A stretch of DNA of 64,000 nt from contig CAVUSO010000001.1 in assembly GCA_963744145.1 (NCBI GenBank), forward strand, positions 4,864,001-4,928,000, read 5' to 3'. This stretch comes from an uncultured cyanobacterium. GTDB lineage: Bacteria > Cyanobacteriota > Cyanobacteriia > Cyanobacteriales > CAWUOF01. Below, one piece after another: positions 10,689-21,338 of this stretch. The notes beneath the pieces are model-generated. The model ran no database searches and was not told where the DNA came from. It worked only from the letters and a program-made list of their open reading frames with translations. Numbering within the stretch: position 1 is the stretch's first letter; each line of letters begins with the position of its first letter. The position numbers and the translations under genes were made by a program.

Positions 10689-12953
10689 ATGCAAATGGTA
10701 AAAATTGTTACTATTCTGACGAAAATATTATTAAGATTTTGGCGGGGAATAAATTTCCAGGCATCTAGGCGATTAAAATTAATTTTGATTGTAGTTTTTT
10801 TATGTTTAACCTTGCGAACTATTCCCGAATTTGTCCCGATTCGAGCAGCAGATTTGGCTCAAGATGGACAAGCAGTTGAATTTAGCGATCGCGATGGATT
10901 ACCTTTAGGAACCTTACTTACTCGTGATCAAAACCATACCATATTTGTTCCATTAAGTCAAGTTTCACCTGATTTTATTCATGCAATTATCGCGGCTGAA
11001 GATCAAAGATTTTATCATCATGGGGCACTAGATTTATCAGCGATCGCTCGAGCAATTTTAGAAGCAATCCAAGCTAAAAAAATTATGTCTGGTGCTTCTA
11101 CTATTACTATGCAATTAGCACGTATTTTATCTCCCCATCCTAGCAATTTATTAGGCAAAATCCAAGAAATATGGCTAGCTTGGAGACTAACAGCAGGAAT
11201 GAGCAAAGATGAAATTCTTTTTGCTTATATTAATCGACTACCAATGGGTGGTAATATTTATGGAATAGAAGCAGCAGCTAGAACTTATTTTGGAATGTCC
11301 GCAGCGGAACTAAATCTAGCCCGATCAACTATCTTAGCAGCAATTCCTAATGATCCTAATTATTTTAATCCTAATTATATCTGGACTCCGCTAAAAAAAC
11401 GCCAAAAATATATCCTCGATCGCATGGTTCAGGATCAATATATTACCAAAGTTGCTGCTGAACAAGCAGAGAAAGAAACAATTTTAACCTTATCTCCCAA
11501 TCAGGGAATAATTGCTGCACCTCACTTTCTATTTTGGTTAGCAAATCAACTTCCCCAAGCACATTCAGCTCAAATTAGAACTACTATCGATCGTCCACTT
11601 CAGCAATTTATCGAAGCTCAAGTTAAGCAATTAGTGCAGAGTTTAACTCCTAATAATGTCCATCATGCTGCTGCTTTAGTAATTGATAATCATACCAGTG
11701 AAGTTTTAGCTTATGTTGGTTCTCCAGATTATTTTAATCAAACCGAAATGGGTCGGAATGATGGTGTACAAGCTTTACGTCAACCGGGATCTACTCTGAA
11801 ACCTTTTTTATATGAATTAGCTTTAGCAAATCATATTATTTATCCCCAAAGTATTCTCGCAGATATCCCCACATATTATGCAATTCCCGATGCTAAACTT
11901 TATACTCCGATCGATTATAATGAAACTTTTCAAGGTGCAGTCAGAGTCAGAATTGCCCTAGCTAATTCTCTGAATATTCCAGCGGTTAGACTGTTAGAAA
12001 AAGTCGGAGTAGAAACATTTTTAACTCGGTTACAGCAACTCGGATTTGAACACTTAAATTATCCTCCAGAATACTATGGTTTAGGTTTAACTTTGGGGAG
12101 TGGTGAAGTGAGCTTGTGGGAATTAGCTCATGCTTATTTAATTTTAGCTAAATTGGGAACTGTTACACCACTGGTAACTACTATAAATGAAAATCAACCA
12201 CAGCTAAAAATAACTCAAATTGATCCACCAACTAATTGGGCTTTAATTACAGATATTTTAAGCGATCGCTATGCTCGTTCTACAGCTTTTGGAGTTGATT
12301 CAGTATTAAGTTTACCATTTCCTACCGCAGTCAAAACTGGTACATCTTCAGATTTTCGCGATACTTGGACGGTGGGATTTACTACAGATTATACTGTTGC
12401 TACCTGGGTTGGTAATTTTAATGGTGAGCGGATGGAACAAGTCTCAGGAGTGATGGGAGCAGCACCATTATGGAATCGAATTATGTTACACTTACATGAA
12501 GATCACGAACCGGGAAAATTTCCCCCTCCTGAAGGTTTAATTAAATTACCAATTTGCGCTCAAACTGGTTTACCTCCACAAGCAGATTGTACTTCTCTTG
12601 TGCAAGAATATATTAATCCTGAAGATCAGAAAAATGTCAAGATCGAGCCGAAATTAGTAACCAGACGATCGCTAAAAATAGCTTTTCCGAAAAATGACGA
12701 TTATTTTCTTATTTATCCAAATGAATCACAAAAATTAGAATTTCAGCTATCCACAAAACCTCCCCAACCAGTAGAATGGCAATTAAATGGTAAAAAATTA
12801 GCACTCCAATCTACAAATTCTTTATTTTGGCAACTTCAACCGGGTGAATGGACATTACAAATCAAGATGGGAGATTTAATAGATCAGGTAAATTTTCAAG
12901 TCCAATTAGCTGAAAATAAACATATCCAACGAGGATTTTCTCTGGGAAATTAA
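10689..12953 (+). CDS. pbpC: Penicillin-binding protein 1C (transglycosylase/transpeptidase)
   Basis: EDQRFYHH, GASTITMQL, RQPGSTLKPF (SxxK), NSLN, KTGTS, and a C-terminal PBP1C-type beta domain. Confidence 0.9.
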   Translation: MQMVKIVTILTKILLRFWRGINFQASRRLKLILIVVFLCLTLRTIPEFVPIRAADLAQDGQAVEFSDRDGLPLGTLLTRDQNHTIFVPLSQVSPDFIHAIIAAEDQRFYHHGALDLSAIARAILEAIQAKKIMSGASTITMQLARILSPHPSNLLGKIQEIWLAWRLTAGMSKDEILFAYINRLPMGGNIYGIEAAARTYFGMSAAELNLARSTILAAIPNDPNYFNPNYIWTPLKKRQKYILDRMVQDQYITKVAAEQAEKETILTLSPNQGIIAAPHFLFWLANQLPQAHSAQIRTTIDRPLQQFIEAQVKQLVQSLTPNNVHHAAALVIDNHTSEVLAYVGSPDYFNQTEMGRNDGVQALRQPGSTLKPFLYELALANHIIYPQSILADIPTYYAIPDAKLYTPIDYNETFQGAVRVRIALANSLNIPAVRLLEKVGVETFLTRLQQLGFEHLNYPPEYYGLGLTLGSGEVSLWELAHAYLILAKLGTVTPLVTTINENQPQLKITQIDPPTNWALITDILSDRYARSTAFGVDSVLSLPFPTAVKTGTSSDFRDTWTVGFTTDYTVATWVGNFNGERMEQVSGVMGAAPLWNRIMLHLHEDHEPGKFPPPEGLIKLPICAQTGLPPQADCTSLVQEYINPEDQKNVKIEPKLVTRRSLKIAFPKNDDYFLIYPNESQKLEFQLSTKPPQPVEWQLNGKKLALQSTNSLFWQLQPGEWTLQIKMGDLIDQVNFQVQLAENKHIQRGFSLGN

Positions 12954-12956
12954 AAC

Positions 12957-13865
12957 ATGAAATTAATGATATTCTTGTTTCTATTGGTTAGTGTAATTAC
13001 TAGCTGTCAAGCAAATTATCCGATGCTCAAGGATACGGAAATTCCAAAAATGGCGCTTAATTCCCCGAAAGTAAGTCTGGATGACGATCGCGGTAACTTG
13101 ATCGATCAAGGACAAACAAGAACATACTATATATATACTCCTAAATCTTATCGACCTAATCATCCCTTACCTTTAGTATTAGCTTTTCATGGTTATGGTT
13201 CCCAAGGTAAAGATTTGGCAAAAAATACTGGTTTTAACGAGTTAGCAGAACAAAAAGGTTTTATTATTGTTTATCCCGATGGTATTGATAGAAGTTGGAA
13301 TTTAGGAGGAAGGTTTTTTAATCGACCTGATGATGTTGATTTTGTCAAGGGATTGATTACACATATTAGTCAGGTTCGGGCGATCGATCAACGCAAAATT
13401 TACGCAGTCGGGGTCTCAAATGGTGGGTTTTTGGTGCAAAGTTTAGCTTGTCAAATTAATAGTCCTATAGTTGCTTTTGCTTCTGTAGCTGCAACTTTGC
13501 CCGGTTATTTGCGATCGCAATGTCATCCCGAAAAACCCGTTTCTATCCTAATGATTAATGGTACAGAAGATCGGAAAGTTCCCTGGAGTGGTGGTCAACT
13601 TTCCTATGGGGAGATTGTCTCAGTTCCGGATACAATCAATGGGTGGATTGAGCATAATGCTTGTGCTAATACTTCCGGAATTAAGCAGGTGATTAATCCG
13701 CGGGTTGAGATTACTCATTATCCTCAATGTCGTCTTAATTCGGAGGTGGAATTAGTTACTTTAGTGGGAGCAGGTCATATTTGGCCCAGAGGTGGTTCTG
13801 GCCCGAATGCACTGATTAATGGTAGTCAGGAAATTTGGAATTTTTTTCAACGTCATAGTTTTTAA
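12957..13865 (+). CDS. LpqC/PHB-depolymerase-family esterase, probable lipoprotein
   Basis: AFHGYG, GVSNGG nucleophile elbow, GTED, GAGHIWP; N-terminal lipobox-like ITSC. Confidence 0.85.
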   Translation: MKLMIFLFLLVSVITSCQANYPMLKDTEIPKMALNSPKVSLDDDRGNLIDQGQTRTYYIYTPKSYRPNHPLPLVLAFHGYGSQGKDLAKNTGFNELAEQKGFIIVYPDGIDRSWNLGGRFFNRPDDVDFVKGLITHISQVRAIDQRKIYAVGVSNGGFLVQSLACQINSPIVAFASVAATLPGYLRSQCHPEKPVSILMINGTEDRKVPWSGGQLSYGEIVSVPDTINGWIEHNACANTSGIKQVINPRVEITHYPQCRLNSEVELVTLVGAGHIWPRGGSGPNALINGSQEIWNFFQRHSF

Positions 13866-13914
13866 GCCAAACTTGTGGTAAATATGATTAATGGCATAAC
13901 TCAGGTATTCCACT

Positions 13915-14673
13915 TTGCCAGCACCCCTACTACAACTAAAACAAGTTAATTTATCAGCTTTAGTCGGAGGGAAATTGACAGCAATACCCCTACTAAAGGA
14001 TATTTCATTTCAAGTTTTCCCAGGCGATCGCGTGGCGATCATTGGTCCATCTGGTGCCGGAAAAACTGCTCTCTTACGTTTATTAAATAAACTCAATTCT
14101 CCCCAGCAAGGATCGATTTATCTAGAAAATCAAGATTATCAGACAATTCCTGTGATCCAACTGCGTCAAATGGTAAGCTTAGTCTTACAAGAGTCTAAAC
14201 TTTTAGGGATGTCAGTCAGAGCAGCGATCGCTTATCCTTTAAAGTTGCGACGCTTATCAGAAAAAGTAATTAGCGATCGCCTTGATTTTTGGCTAGAAAA
14301 ATTGCATATTCCCTCCAAATGGTTAGAAAAAACCGAGTTAGAGCTTTCGGTCGGACAGCGTCAAATAGTAGCGATCGCGCGTGCTTTAGTGATCCAACCA
14401 AAACTTTTACTACTGGATGAACCTACTTCGGCTCTTGATGCGGGTAGAGGAGAACAAGTAATCGAAGTTTTAACTAATTTAGCCGATCAGGGTGAGACTA
14501 CGATTTTAATGGTTAACCACCAACTTGAGCTAGCGGAACAATTTTGTAATCGGATGCTCTACCTAGATAATGGGGAACTGAGAGAAGATACTCAAGCAAC
14601 CCAAGTAAATTGGGTTGCATTAAGAGAATCTTTAATCGCAGCAGAAGCAAAAGCCGCAGCTGAATGGGATTAA
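13915..14673 (+). CDS. ABC transporter ATP-binding protein
   Basis: GPSGAGKT, LSVGQRQ signature, LLLLDEPTSALD. Confidence 0.9.
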   Translation: MPAPLLQLKQVNLSALVGGKLTAIPLLKDISFQVFPGDRVAIIGPSGAGKTALLRLLNKLNSPQQGSIYLENQDYQTIPVIQLRQMVSLVLQESKLLGMSVRAAIAYPLKLRRLSEKVISDRLDFWLEKLHIPSKWLEKTELELSVGQRQIVAIARALVIQPKLLLLDEPTSALDAGRGEQVIEVLTNLADQGETTILMVNHQLELAEQFCNRMLYLDNGELREDTQATQVNWVALRESLIAAEAKAAAEWD

Positions 14674-14680
14674 ACAGAAT

Positions 14681-15892
14681 TTAAACGCTCTTATTCGCGG
14701 GAGAATCAGCAGCAGTAAATAAACGGAAATACATAGAATTGAAAAATTCTTTGGTGGGAAACATCAAATAAGTAATCGGATTAATGGTGACAATAATGTC
14801 ACGAAAATCACGCTTGGCTAAAGCTACGATCGCCCAAGATATCCAACCAGCAGACATGACACCGTAGGGATTTAGTTGACTATGAAACGGACCGAGTACC
14901 AACTTCCGGATCACACAGGGAGCATCTAAGCGACGCAGAGTAATTAAGTCTCCTAGAGTCCGCTTAGATAATTCATACAGCGGACTAAACGCTGGATTTA
15001 CTTCTGCTTCTGAGGTATTAATCCAGAGTTCTTTAATGGCTTTATGATCCGATTTGGTAATGGTATTGAGAAATAAATCAGTTAGTTTTAAAGTCGAGAA
15101 AGTGTTCACTTCATAGGAATTTTGGATGGCTAAAGAGGAGCGATCGTGATGAACATTAACCCCATGATTGAGGATTAAAATATCAACATTTTGCAAACGG
15201 GTGATCAAGTCTGATTCATTACCTAAGTGCCAGTGCCAAACTTCTATTTCTGGATTAAACTCCGCATCAGTGCTAGTAGTTAGTGCCACCACCTTAGCAC
15301 CTTGGCTAGACAATTCCTCAATCAAAGCACGTCCCAAAGTTCCTGATGCTCCAGTAATCGCCACCACTTTACCTTTGAGGGATAGACTTGTACCCAAAAT
15401 TTTATCGATTAGGGTAAAGTAACCACAAAAATAAGCATTACCCTGATCAAAATGATGACGCCAGTGATAGGTACGATTTACTGTCCACTGGGAGGGAATT
15501 TCGAGCAGATCACCTGGTTTATGAGTTAGATCAGTTTGGAGAAGACATCCCTGAGAACGAGCTAACGCTGGAATTAAAAAGTTAAGAGCATAAAGACAAC
15601 CAATCCACATCCCATAATTTTGGGTTACGATTGCGAGTAAAGCTGTTGCTCCGAGCATGAGGATCGATTCAGGGACATCATTATACAACTGTGCTTTCTG
15701 ATACATCTCTAAGCTGGTCATCGATAAATCACGTCGATAAGCTTTGTGGTGCAAAGTATGGAAACTCTGTAAGGGTTTACAGTAATGTCCAGCTAGGTGA
15801 TATATATCTCGCACAAATTCAGCCAAGAGGATGGAAAAGAGTCCCAACGGCAATTGGATGAGTAGTTGAGTAGATAGGAAATTGAAGTCCAT
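14681..15892 (-). CDS. Bifunctional sterol desaturase-like / short-chain dehydrogenase
   Basis: His boxes HTLHH and YHWRHH, followed by Rossmann motif TGASGTLG and YELSK. Confidence 0.85.
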   Translation of the reverse strand: MDFNFLSTQLLIQLPLGLFSILLAEFVRDIYHLAGHYCKPLQSFHTLHHKAYRRDLSMTSLEMYQKAQLYNDVPESILMLGATALLAIVTQNYGMWIGCLYALNFLIPALARSQGCLLQTDLTHKPGDLLEIPSQWTVNRTYHWRHHFDQGNAYFCGYFTLIDKILGTSLSLKGKVVAITGASGTLGRALIEELSSQGAKVVALTTSTDAEFNPEIEVWHWHLGNESDLITRLQNVDILILNHGVNVHHDRSSLAIQNSYEVNTFSTLKLTDLFLNTITKSDHKAIKELWINTSEAEVNPAFSPLYELSKRTLGDLITLRRLDAPCVIRKLVLGPFHSQLNPYGVMSAGWISWAIVALAKRDFRDIIVTINPITYLMFPTKEFFNSMYFRLFTAADSPANKSV

Positions 15893-16351
15893 CTGGTTTA
15901 GTAGCTTTTTTTTAAAAATATCCGTAAGTTTACCGTGTTATCAAGTTTTGTAGAAGATTTCACCATTTTTTTTTATTTTTTCATTGCCATTCCAGCTTGT
16001 GACTAAAAATTTGGCAATAACTCCGAGCTGGATCAGCCAGATGGTAAAATTTCGCCCATTACCATGATCAACCTGTCCTAGTCTAACGGATCAAACTCAG
16101 ATTAAGTGCAATTTCATGGGTTATTGGTATTATTCAAATTATTAGGGAAAATAGCAATCACTCCTAATTTATGCTAAATTTAGCCGAGAAAGTCGAAGAT
16201 AACTAGTTAATAAATATTCCAATAAATGTATCAGTAAATACTTGTTAATAACCTGGGTTCAACTTACATCATTTCCATGAAAAAAAATCTCTTTGTGGTG
16301 TTCAAACCCCAGAAAGAGATTTTGATTTGTGAGAGCAATTAAAATGGCTTA

Positions 16352-16777
16352 CTAGATTTGACAGACAAGCTTATTATTGGCATTACGGACGATAGTGCCT
16401 GGTTTGCCATTAAATTTCACTAGACTATTAGTGCTGGTTCTGACCAGTTTCGGCAATTGCTTCGTAAGACAGTAGTTGATTTTGTCTGACCAAGCGTTTA
16501 GGTGAGTATTATATGATTGTTGATTCAAGGCAAATTTTTCTAAGCTTTTGCCATCCGATGAGGAATCATTATTAAATGAATCCGTGATCGGGGTGTCAGT
16601 TGTGATCGAAGAATCTTGAGCAACAGATGTATCAATTGGATATTTAAAACTCGCTGGTAAAACGGATGGGGATGGGATAGTATTTTGGTCAACCTCTATG
16701 GTATCTTGAGACCAAGCAGGCCAAGGTAGACTAATGATAACTAGGGCAAATAATCCCAAGCAGATTTTTGATTTCAT
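16352..16777 (-). CDS. Hypothetical secreted protein
   Basis: 141-aa ORF with signal peptide (…PWPAWS-Q), Ser/Thr/Asp-rich linker and a two-Cys C-terminal region. Confidence 0.65.
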   Translation of the reverse strand: MKSKICLGLFALVIISLPWPAWSQDTIEVDQNTIPSPSVLPASFKYPIDTSVAQDSSITTDTPITDSFNNDSSSDGKSLEKFALNQQSYNTHLNAWSDKINYCLTKQLPKLVRTSTNSLVKFNGKPGTIVRNANNKLVCQI

Positions 16778-16939
16778 GTAGATACTTTCTCCGTGATCTT
16801 CTGCAATTTATAGATTAGGCGTAAAGAAACAGAAAGCTATTCCTTAGCGATCGCCACCAGGGAAAGAGGATTTCGGCTCATAAAATCATCAAGCTTACGA
16901 ATCCTCTACTCAGGTTTCACATTTATGATATCAGTTAAA

Positions 16940-19900
16940 TCATAAGCTTGATCGACGGTTGATATCATCGCAAATATGCCTCTCCCTCTCGCTCGCACCA
17001 GAATCCGGGTTGTGCAAATAAGCATTCAACCAATTGCAACCCTGTTTTAGTACATGGTTTAAATCAAAGTCTAAATTCCACAAGATTATAGTATTGTCCA
17101 TACTACCAGAAGCCAAGGTTTTCCCATCAGGGCTGAAACTCACGCTCAAGACCATATCCTTATGCCCACTCAGAGTCCGGAGTTCCTGACCTGTACTTAT
17201 ATCCCAGAGTTTGATAGTCCTGTCCTGACTAGCAGAAGCCAAGGTTTTCCCATCAGGGCTGAAACTCACACTCATAACTGACGCACTATGTCCTCCAGGT
17301 AGAGGCGATGCCTGACCTGTACTTATATCCCAGAGTATAATTGTTTTGTCATCACTAGCAGAAGCCAAGGTTTTCCCATCAGGGCTGAAACTGACGCTAA
17401 AGACGACCCCATTATGCCCAGTGAGGGTCTGGAGTTCCTGTCCTGTATTTACATCCCAGAGTTTGATGGTATGGTCAAAACTACCAGAAGCCAAGGTTTT
17501 CCCGTCAGGGCTGAATCTGACGCTCGTGACTATACCCTTATGTCCAGTGAGAGTCAATCCTGGCTGTCCTGTACTTATATCCCAGAGTTTGATGGTAGTG
17601 TCCTGGCTACTAGAAGCCAAGGTTTTCCCATCAGGGCTGAAACTGACGCTCAAGACCTCACCCTTATGCCCAGTCAGAGTCGGTCCTGGCTGTCCTGTAT
17701 TTACATCCCAGAGTTTGATGGTACTGTCCTGGCTACTAGAAGCCAAGGTTTTCCCATCAGGGCTGAAACTGACGCTCAAGACCTCACCCTTATGCCCAGT
17801 CAGAGTCGGTCCTAGCTGACCTGTAGTCGCATTCCAAAGTTTGATGGTATGGTCAAAACTAGCAGAAGCCAAAATTTTCCCATCAGGACTGAAACTGACT
17901 TTACTAACCCAACCACCATGCTTAGTGAGAGTAAGGAATTGCTGATCCGCACTTAAATCCCATAATTTAATAGTCTTGTCATTACTAGCAGAAGCCAAAG
18001 TTTTCCCATCAGGGCTGAAAAAAACGCTATTAACAAGACTACTATGCCCACTAAGAGTATCGAGTTCTTGACCTGTATTGACATCCCAAAGCTTGATAGT
18101 CTTGTCCAAACTACCAGAAGCCAAGGTTTTCCCATCAGGGCTGAAATTGACAATCAAGACCGAATTACTATGTCCATTAATAGTCTTCCTGATCTGACCT
18201 GTATTGACATTCCAGAGTTTGATAGTCTTGTCATTACTACCAGAAGCCAAGGTTTTTCCATCGGGGCTGAAATTCACACTATTGACCACATCCTCATGTC
18301 CAGTGAAAGTCAGTCCTGGCTGACCTGTATTGACATCCCAAAGTTTGATGGTATGGTCAAAACTACCAGAAGCCAAGGTTTTTCCATCAGGGCTGAATCT
18401 GACGCTCATGACCCAACCACTATGTCCATTGAGAGTATTGAGTAGCTGACCTGTATTGACATCCCAGAGTTTGATGGTATGGTCAAAACTACCAGAAGCT
18501 AAGGTTTGACCATTAGGGCTGAAAACGACGCTTAAGATCCCACCATTATGTCCAGTGAGAGTACGAATTTTCTTGCCTGTATTTACATCCCAGAGGTTGA
18601 TCTTGTTGTCCATATTACCAGAAGCCAAGGTTTGACCATCAGGGCTGAATCTGATGCTCATGACCGCACTAGTATTCTCAGTGAAAAGACGGATTTGCTC
18701 ACCTGTACTGACATTCCAAAGTATAATTCTTTTGTCAAAACTACTAGAAGCCAAGATTTTACCATCGGGACTAAAAGCAAGACCACGGACTCCAAGTTTA
18801 TGCTTGACTAAGCGATTGCGTTCTTTAACATCAAAAACTGATTGTTGCAAAGCTTCTTTCACTATTGAGTCAGCTTCTGGGTCATTCGTTTTGTTTTGCT
18901 GCAATTTATTTGCAGCCTGAATTGCGGGGATTAAAGCATCAAATGTTTGTCCATTATTCAGTAGTGATAAAGCTTCTTGCCCCTGAGCTTTGATCGAATT
19001 AACGTTAGCTTCTTCCCTCTTTTGTACAGCGTAGATAGTAGCCCCAATCGCGACGATCGCCACTACTGTCATCACTCCTAGCCCCAACCGTAACCGCACC
19101 AGGCGCATTTTTTCTTCTTTAGCAGCAGCCTCAATCCCATTGCGGCTAGACTGGATAAACTTAGTTTGCAGTTCCGTGACCGCAGGTTGCTTTTTGCCTT
19201 GATGTGCTTCTTGGAACCAGTTGTCTGCGATCGCAAATTCACTCCCCCGTAGCAGTAAATCATTGCTGTTACCGTAGTTTTTCCATTCAATCGCCCGACG
19301 CAGCCATTTAGTATGATTGCGGATATATTCCCGGTCTGTGTCTAGTGTTCTGAGTAATTGATTTAGATGGGCATAAAACTCCCCTTCCTTTTGCCTAAAA
19401 TCAATCCACTGCACCTTGGCCAACTCAGGATGTAACTGGGCCGTGTTTACTTCTTGATACAAGATCGTAATAAAACGCTTGTTGAGTTTGGCTGCATATT
19501 CCACTTCATCAGCACAATAGGGAGAATTAATTGATCTTGGTGAGATAATAAATAAAAAGTTGTCAGCACTCTCAATCCCCCGATTAATTTCTTGCTGAAA
19601 ATCTGCTCCTGAAGCGATACTCTCTTGGTCAAACCAAGTTGTCTTCCCTCGCATCTGCAATTCATCATTTAACTGACGGGCTAGATCAGAATCAGCTCTG
19701 GAGTAGGAGATAAAGACATCTAGAGAAGCGGCTGGTGGTTGGTGCAAACTTTCTGTAATAAATGCTTTCTGTAAAGGAGTCGGTTGATAGTGAGTTTTCT
19801 GTTCCGCCCCTTTTAACCAGACTTCCGCATGGCGCAAATTGTAGCCCCGTAATAAAATACTCGGGTTGCGGTTCTGTCGTTCCCACTTCAGTGCTTTACT

Positions 19901-21106
19901 CAACAACACCTTATGATCATCGTAATAGCTAGCTTCTTCTTGTAACGTATTGAGCAACTGAGCTAAATCGCGATGTAAGTCTGCCTCGGTCTGATTATTG
20001 GTCAAGTCGATAAATTGCAATGCTCGGATTACTGGCGGAATTTCCTCCAAATCTATTGTTCGGATTAACAGGGGAATAATCCGTTTATTGAGACTCAGCG
20101 CATAGTCAATCTCTTGCTGACAGTAATGTGATGTTAGTGCATCGGGAGAGATTAAGTAGACTATGTTATCTGCTTGTTCAATACCTCGATTTATTGCCTC
20201 CTCAAATACTTCCCCCGTTTGAATATCTGTTTTATTTGTCCAAACCGTGATCCCCGATCGCAACAATATCCCCCGCACTTGGTGCATCGTAGCAATATCC
20301 ACTTCCGAATAGGAGAAAAACGCCTGGGTCATCAAGTTATTGGCATTTTTGATGCTCTCGCAAATTAACTCACAATGCAACAAGATCGGTTCACAGGGTG
20401 GTTGTTCTTCCTGAAACCGATATTTTAGCCATGCTTCTGCGGTTTCCCGTTCTTCCCCAACTAATAAATAGCGAGTTTGTTTCTGCTGCTGTTCCCATTC
20501 GATCGCTCGATTTAATAAAACTGTATGTTGCCGCACATAGTCCTGATGACGATGAAATATTTCGATTAATCCGCTCAATCCTTTCTCAAAATCATCAATC
20601 CCTTCCTGAACATAGATCCAGTTGATTTTGCTGATGATGGGGTGCATATTCGGGAAACTGGAATGTAATCCCTTTTCCTGATAGATTTGCCATTCTACTT
20701 CTGATTTACCAGGGTGACGCTGGTGCCAAGTCTCCTGACTGATTTGTCCGACGTGCAGGAGTGGAATAATTCGTTTTTTTAGTTGGATGGCTAGTTCAAT
20801 TTCTTTGCGACAATAGGGAGAGTTAACCGAATGAGGCGAAATCAGAAACAGAAAGTTATCGGCTTTGGTGATCCCATCATCAATTTGATTTTGATAATCA
20901 ACCCCCAAGGGAATATCATTGAAATCAAACCACACTTTGAATCCAGCCTGATCAAGTCGGTTTTGGAGTTGAGCTGCAAAGGCTTTACTATCAGCTCGAC
21001 CATAGGAAATAAAAGCATCATAGAAACTGGTGTTGCCACTGGTGTTGGGCAGAGTCGAAACAGGAGTCTCAATATGGTTATTTAGAGATTGAGAGGTATC
21101 TATCAT
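16940..21106 (-). CDS. Triple-TIR-domain, single-TM, 14xWD40 protein
   Basis: Three TIR units (DAFISYGRAD...SPYCRKEIELA; AFFSYSEVD...SHYCQQEIDYA; DVFISYSRAD...SPYCADEVEYA), TM LGLGVMTVVAIVAIGATIYAV, and 14 GH...FSP(D/N)G...IKLW-type repeats. Start at 21106 or 21118. Confidence 0.92.
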   Translation of the reverse strand: MIDTSQSLNNHIETPVSTLPNTSGNTSFYDAFISYGRADSKAFAAQLQNRLDQAGFKVWFDFNDIPLGVDYQNQIDDGITKADNFLFLISPHSVNSPYCRKEIELAIQLKKRIIPLLHVGQISQETWHQRHPGKSEVEWQIYQEKGLHSSFPNMHPIISKINWIYVQEGIDDFEKGLSGLIEIFHRHQDYVRQHTVLLNRAIEWEQQQKQTRYLLVGEERETAEAWLKYRFQEEQPPCEPILLHCELICESIKNANNLMTQAFFSYSEVDIATMHQVRGILLRSGITVWTNKTDIQTGEVFEEAINRGIEQADNIVYLISPDALTSHYCQQEIDYALSLNKRIIPLLIRTIDLEEIPPVIRALQFIDLTNNQTEADLHRDLAQLLNTLQEEASYYDDHKVLLSKALKWERQNRNPSILLRGYNLRHAEVWLKGAEQKTHYQPTPLQKAFITESLHQPPAASLDVFISYSRADSDLARQLNDELQMRGKTTWFDQESIASGADFQQEINRGIESADNFLFIISPRSINSPYCADEVEYAAKLNKRFITILYQEVNTAQLHPELAKVQWIDFRQKEGEFYAHLNQLLRTLDTDREYIRNHTKWLRRAIEWKNYGNSNDLLLRGSEFAIADNWFQEAHQGKKQPAVTELQTKFIQSSRNGIEAAAKEEKMRLVRLRLGLGVMTVVAIVAIGATIYAVQKREEANVNSIKAQGQEALSLLNNGQTFDALIPAIQAANKLQQNKTNDPEADSIVKEALQQSVFDVKERNRLVKHKLGVRGLAFSPDGKILASSSFDKRIILWNVSTGEQIRLFTENTSAVMSIRFSPDGQTLASGNMDNKINLWDVNTGKKIRTLTGHNGGILSVVFSPNGQTLASGSFDHTIKLWDVNTGQLLNTLNGHSGWVMSVRFSPDGKTLASGSFDHTIKLWDVNTGQPGLTFTGHEDVVNSVNFSPDGKTLASGSNDKTIKLWNVNTGQIRKTINGHSNSVLIVNFSPDGKTLASGSLDKTIKLWDVNTGQELDTLSGHSSLVNSVFFSPDGKTLASASNDKTIKLWDLSADQQFLTLTKHGGWVSKVSFSPDGKILASASFDHTIKLWNATTGQLGPTLTGHKGEVLSVSFSPDGKTLASSSQDSTIKLWDVNTGQPGPTLTGHKGEVLSVSFSPDGKTLASSSQDTTIKLWDISTGQPGLTLTGHKGIVTSVRFSPDGKTLASGSFDHTIKLWDVNTGQELQTLTGHNGVVFSVSFSPDGKTLASASDDKTIILWDISTGQASPLPGGHSASVMSVSFSPDGKTLASASQDRTIKLWDISTGQELRTLSGHKDMVLSVSFSPDGKTLASGSMDNTIILWNLDFDLNHVLKQGCNWLNAYLHNPDSGASERERHICDDINRRSSL
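17075..18810 (-). repeat. 126-bp tandem repeats encoding the WD40 blades
   Basis: The period-126 units are highly similar at DNA level; 17565-17690 and 17691-17816 are nearly identical. Confidence 0.85.
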
Positions 21107-21338
21107 AAATTTTTCCAATGGCTAGAGAAATTCATTCTAAAATAGATTATGCCCCCTCAAACTAAAAATTAGAAAAATAGTGCGATTTTGATGATGGACA
21201 GATCCGAGATCCGGACAAAATTATCGCCAAGGTAAAGTTTTGTAAAAGGGTGGTAATAAACTCTTTCACAAATTTTGAGGATTGATATCACACTATTTCA
21301 GATGTTGATCAGCTAGAATCTTGATTAGATTCATATCT

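Noticed and set aside
17346..18920. Several plus-strand ORFs with repetitive translations
   Set aside because: They are antisense shadows of the WD40 repeats; the same applies to short ORFs at 2-2867 opposite the STAND-WD40 gene.
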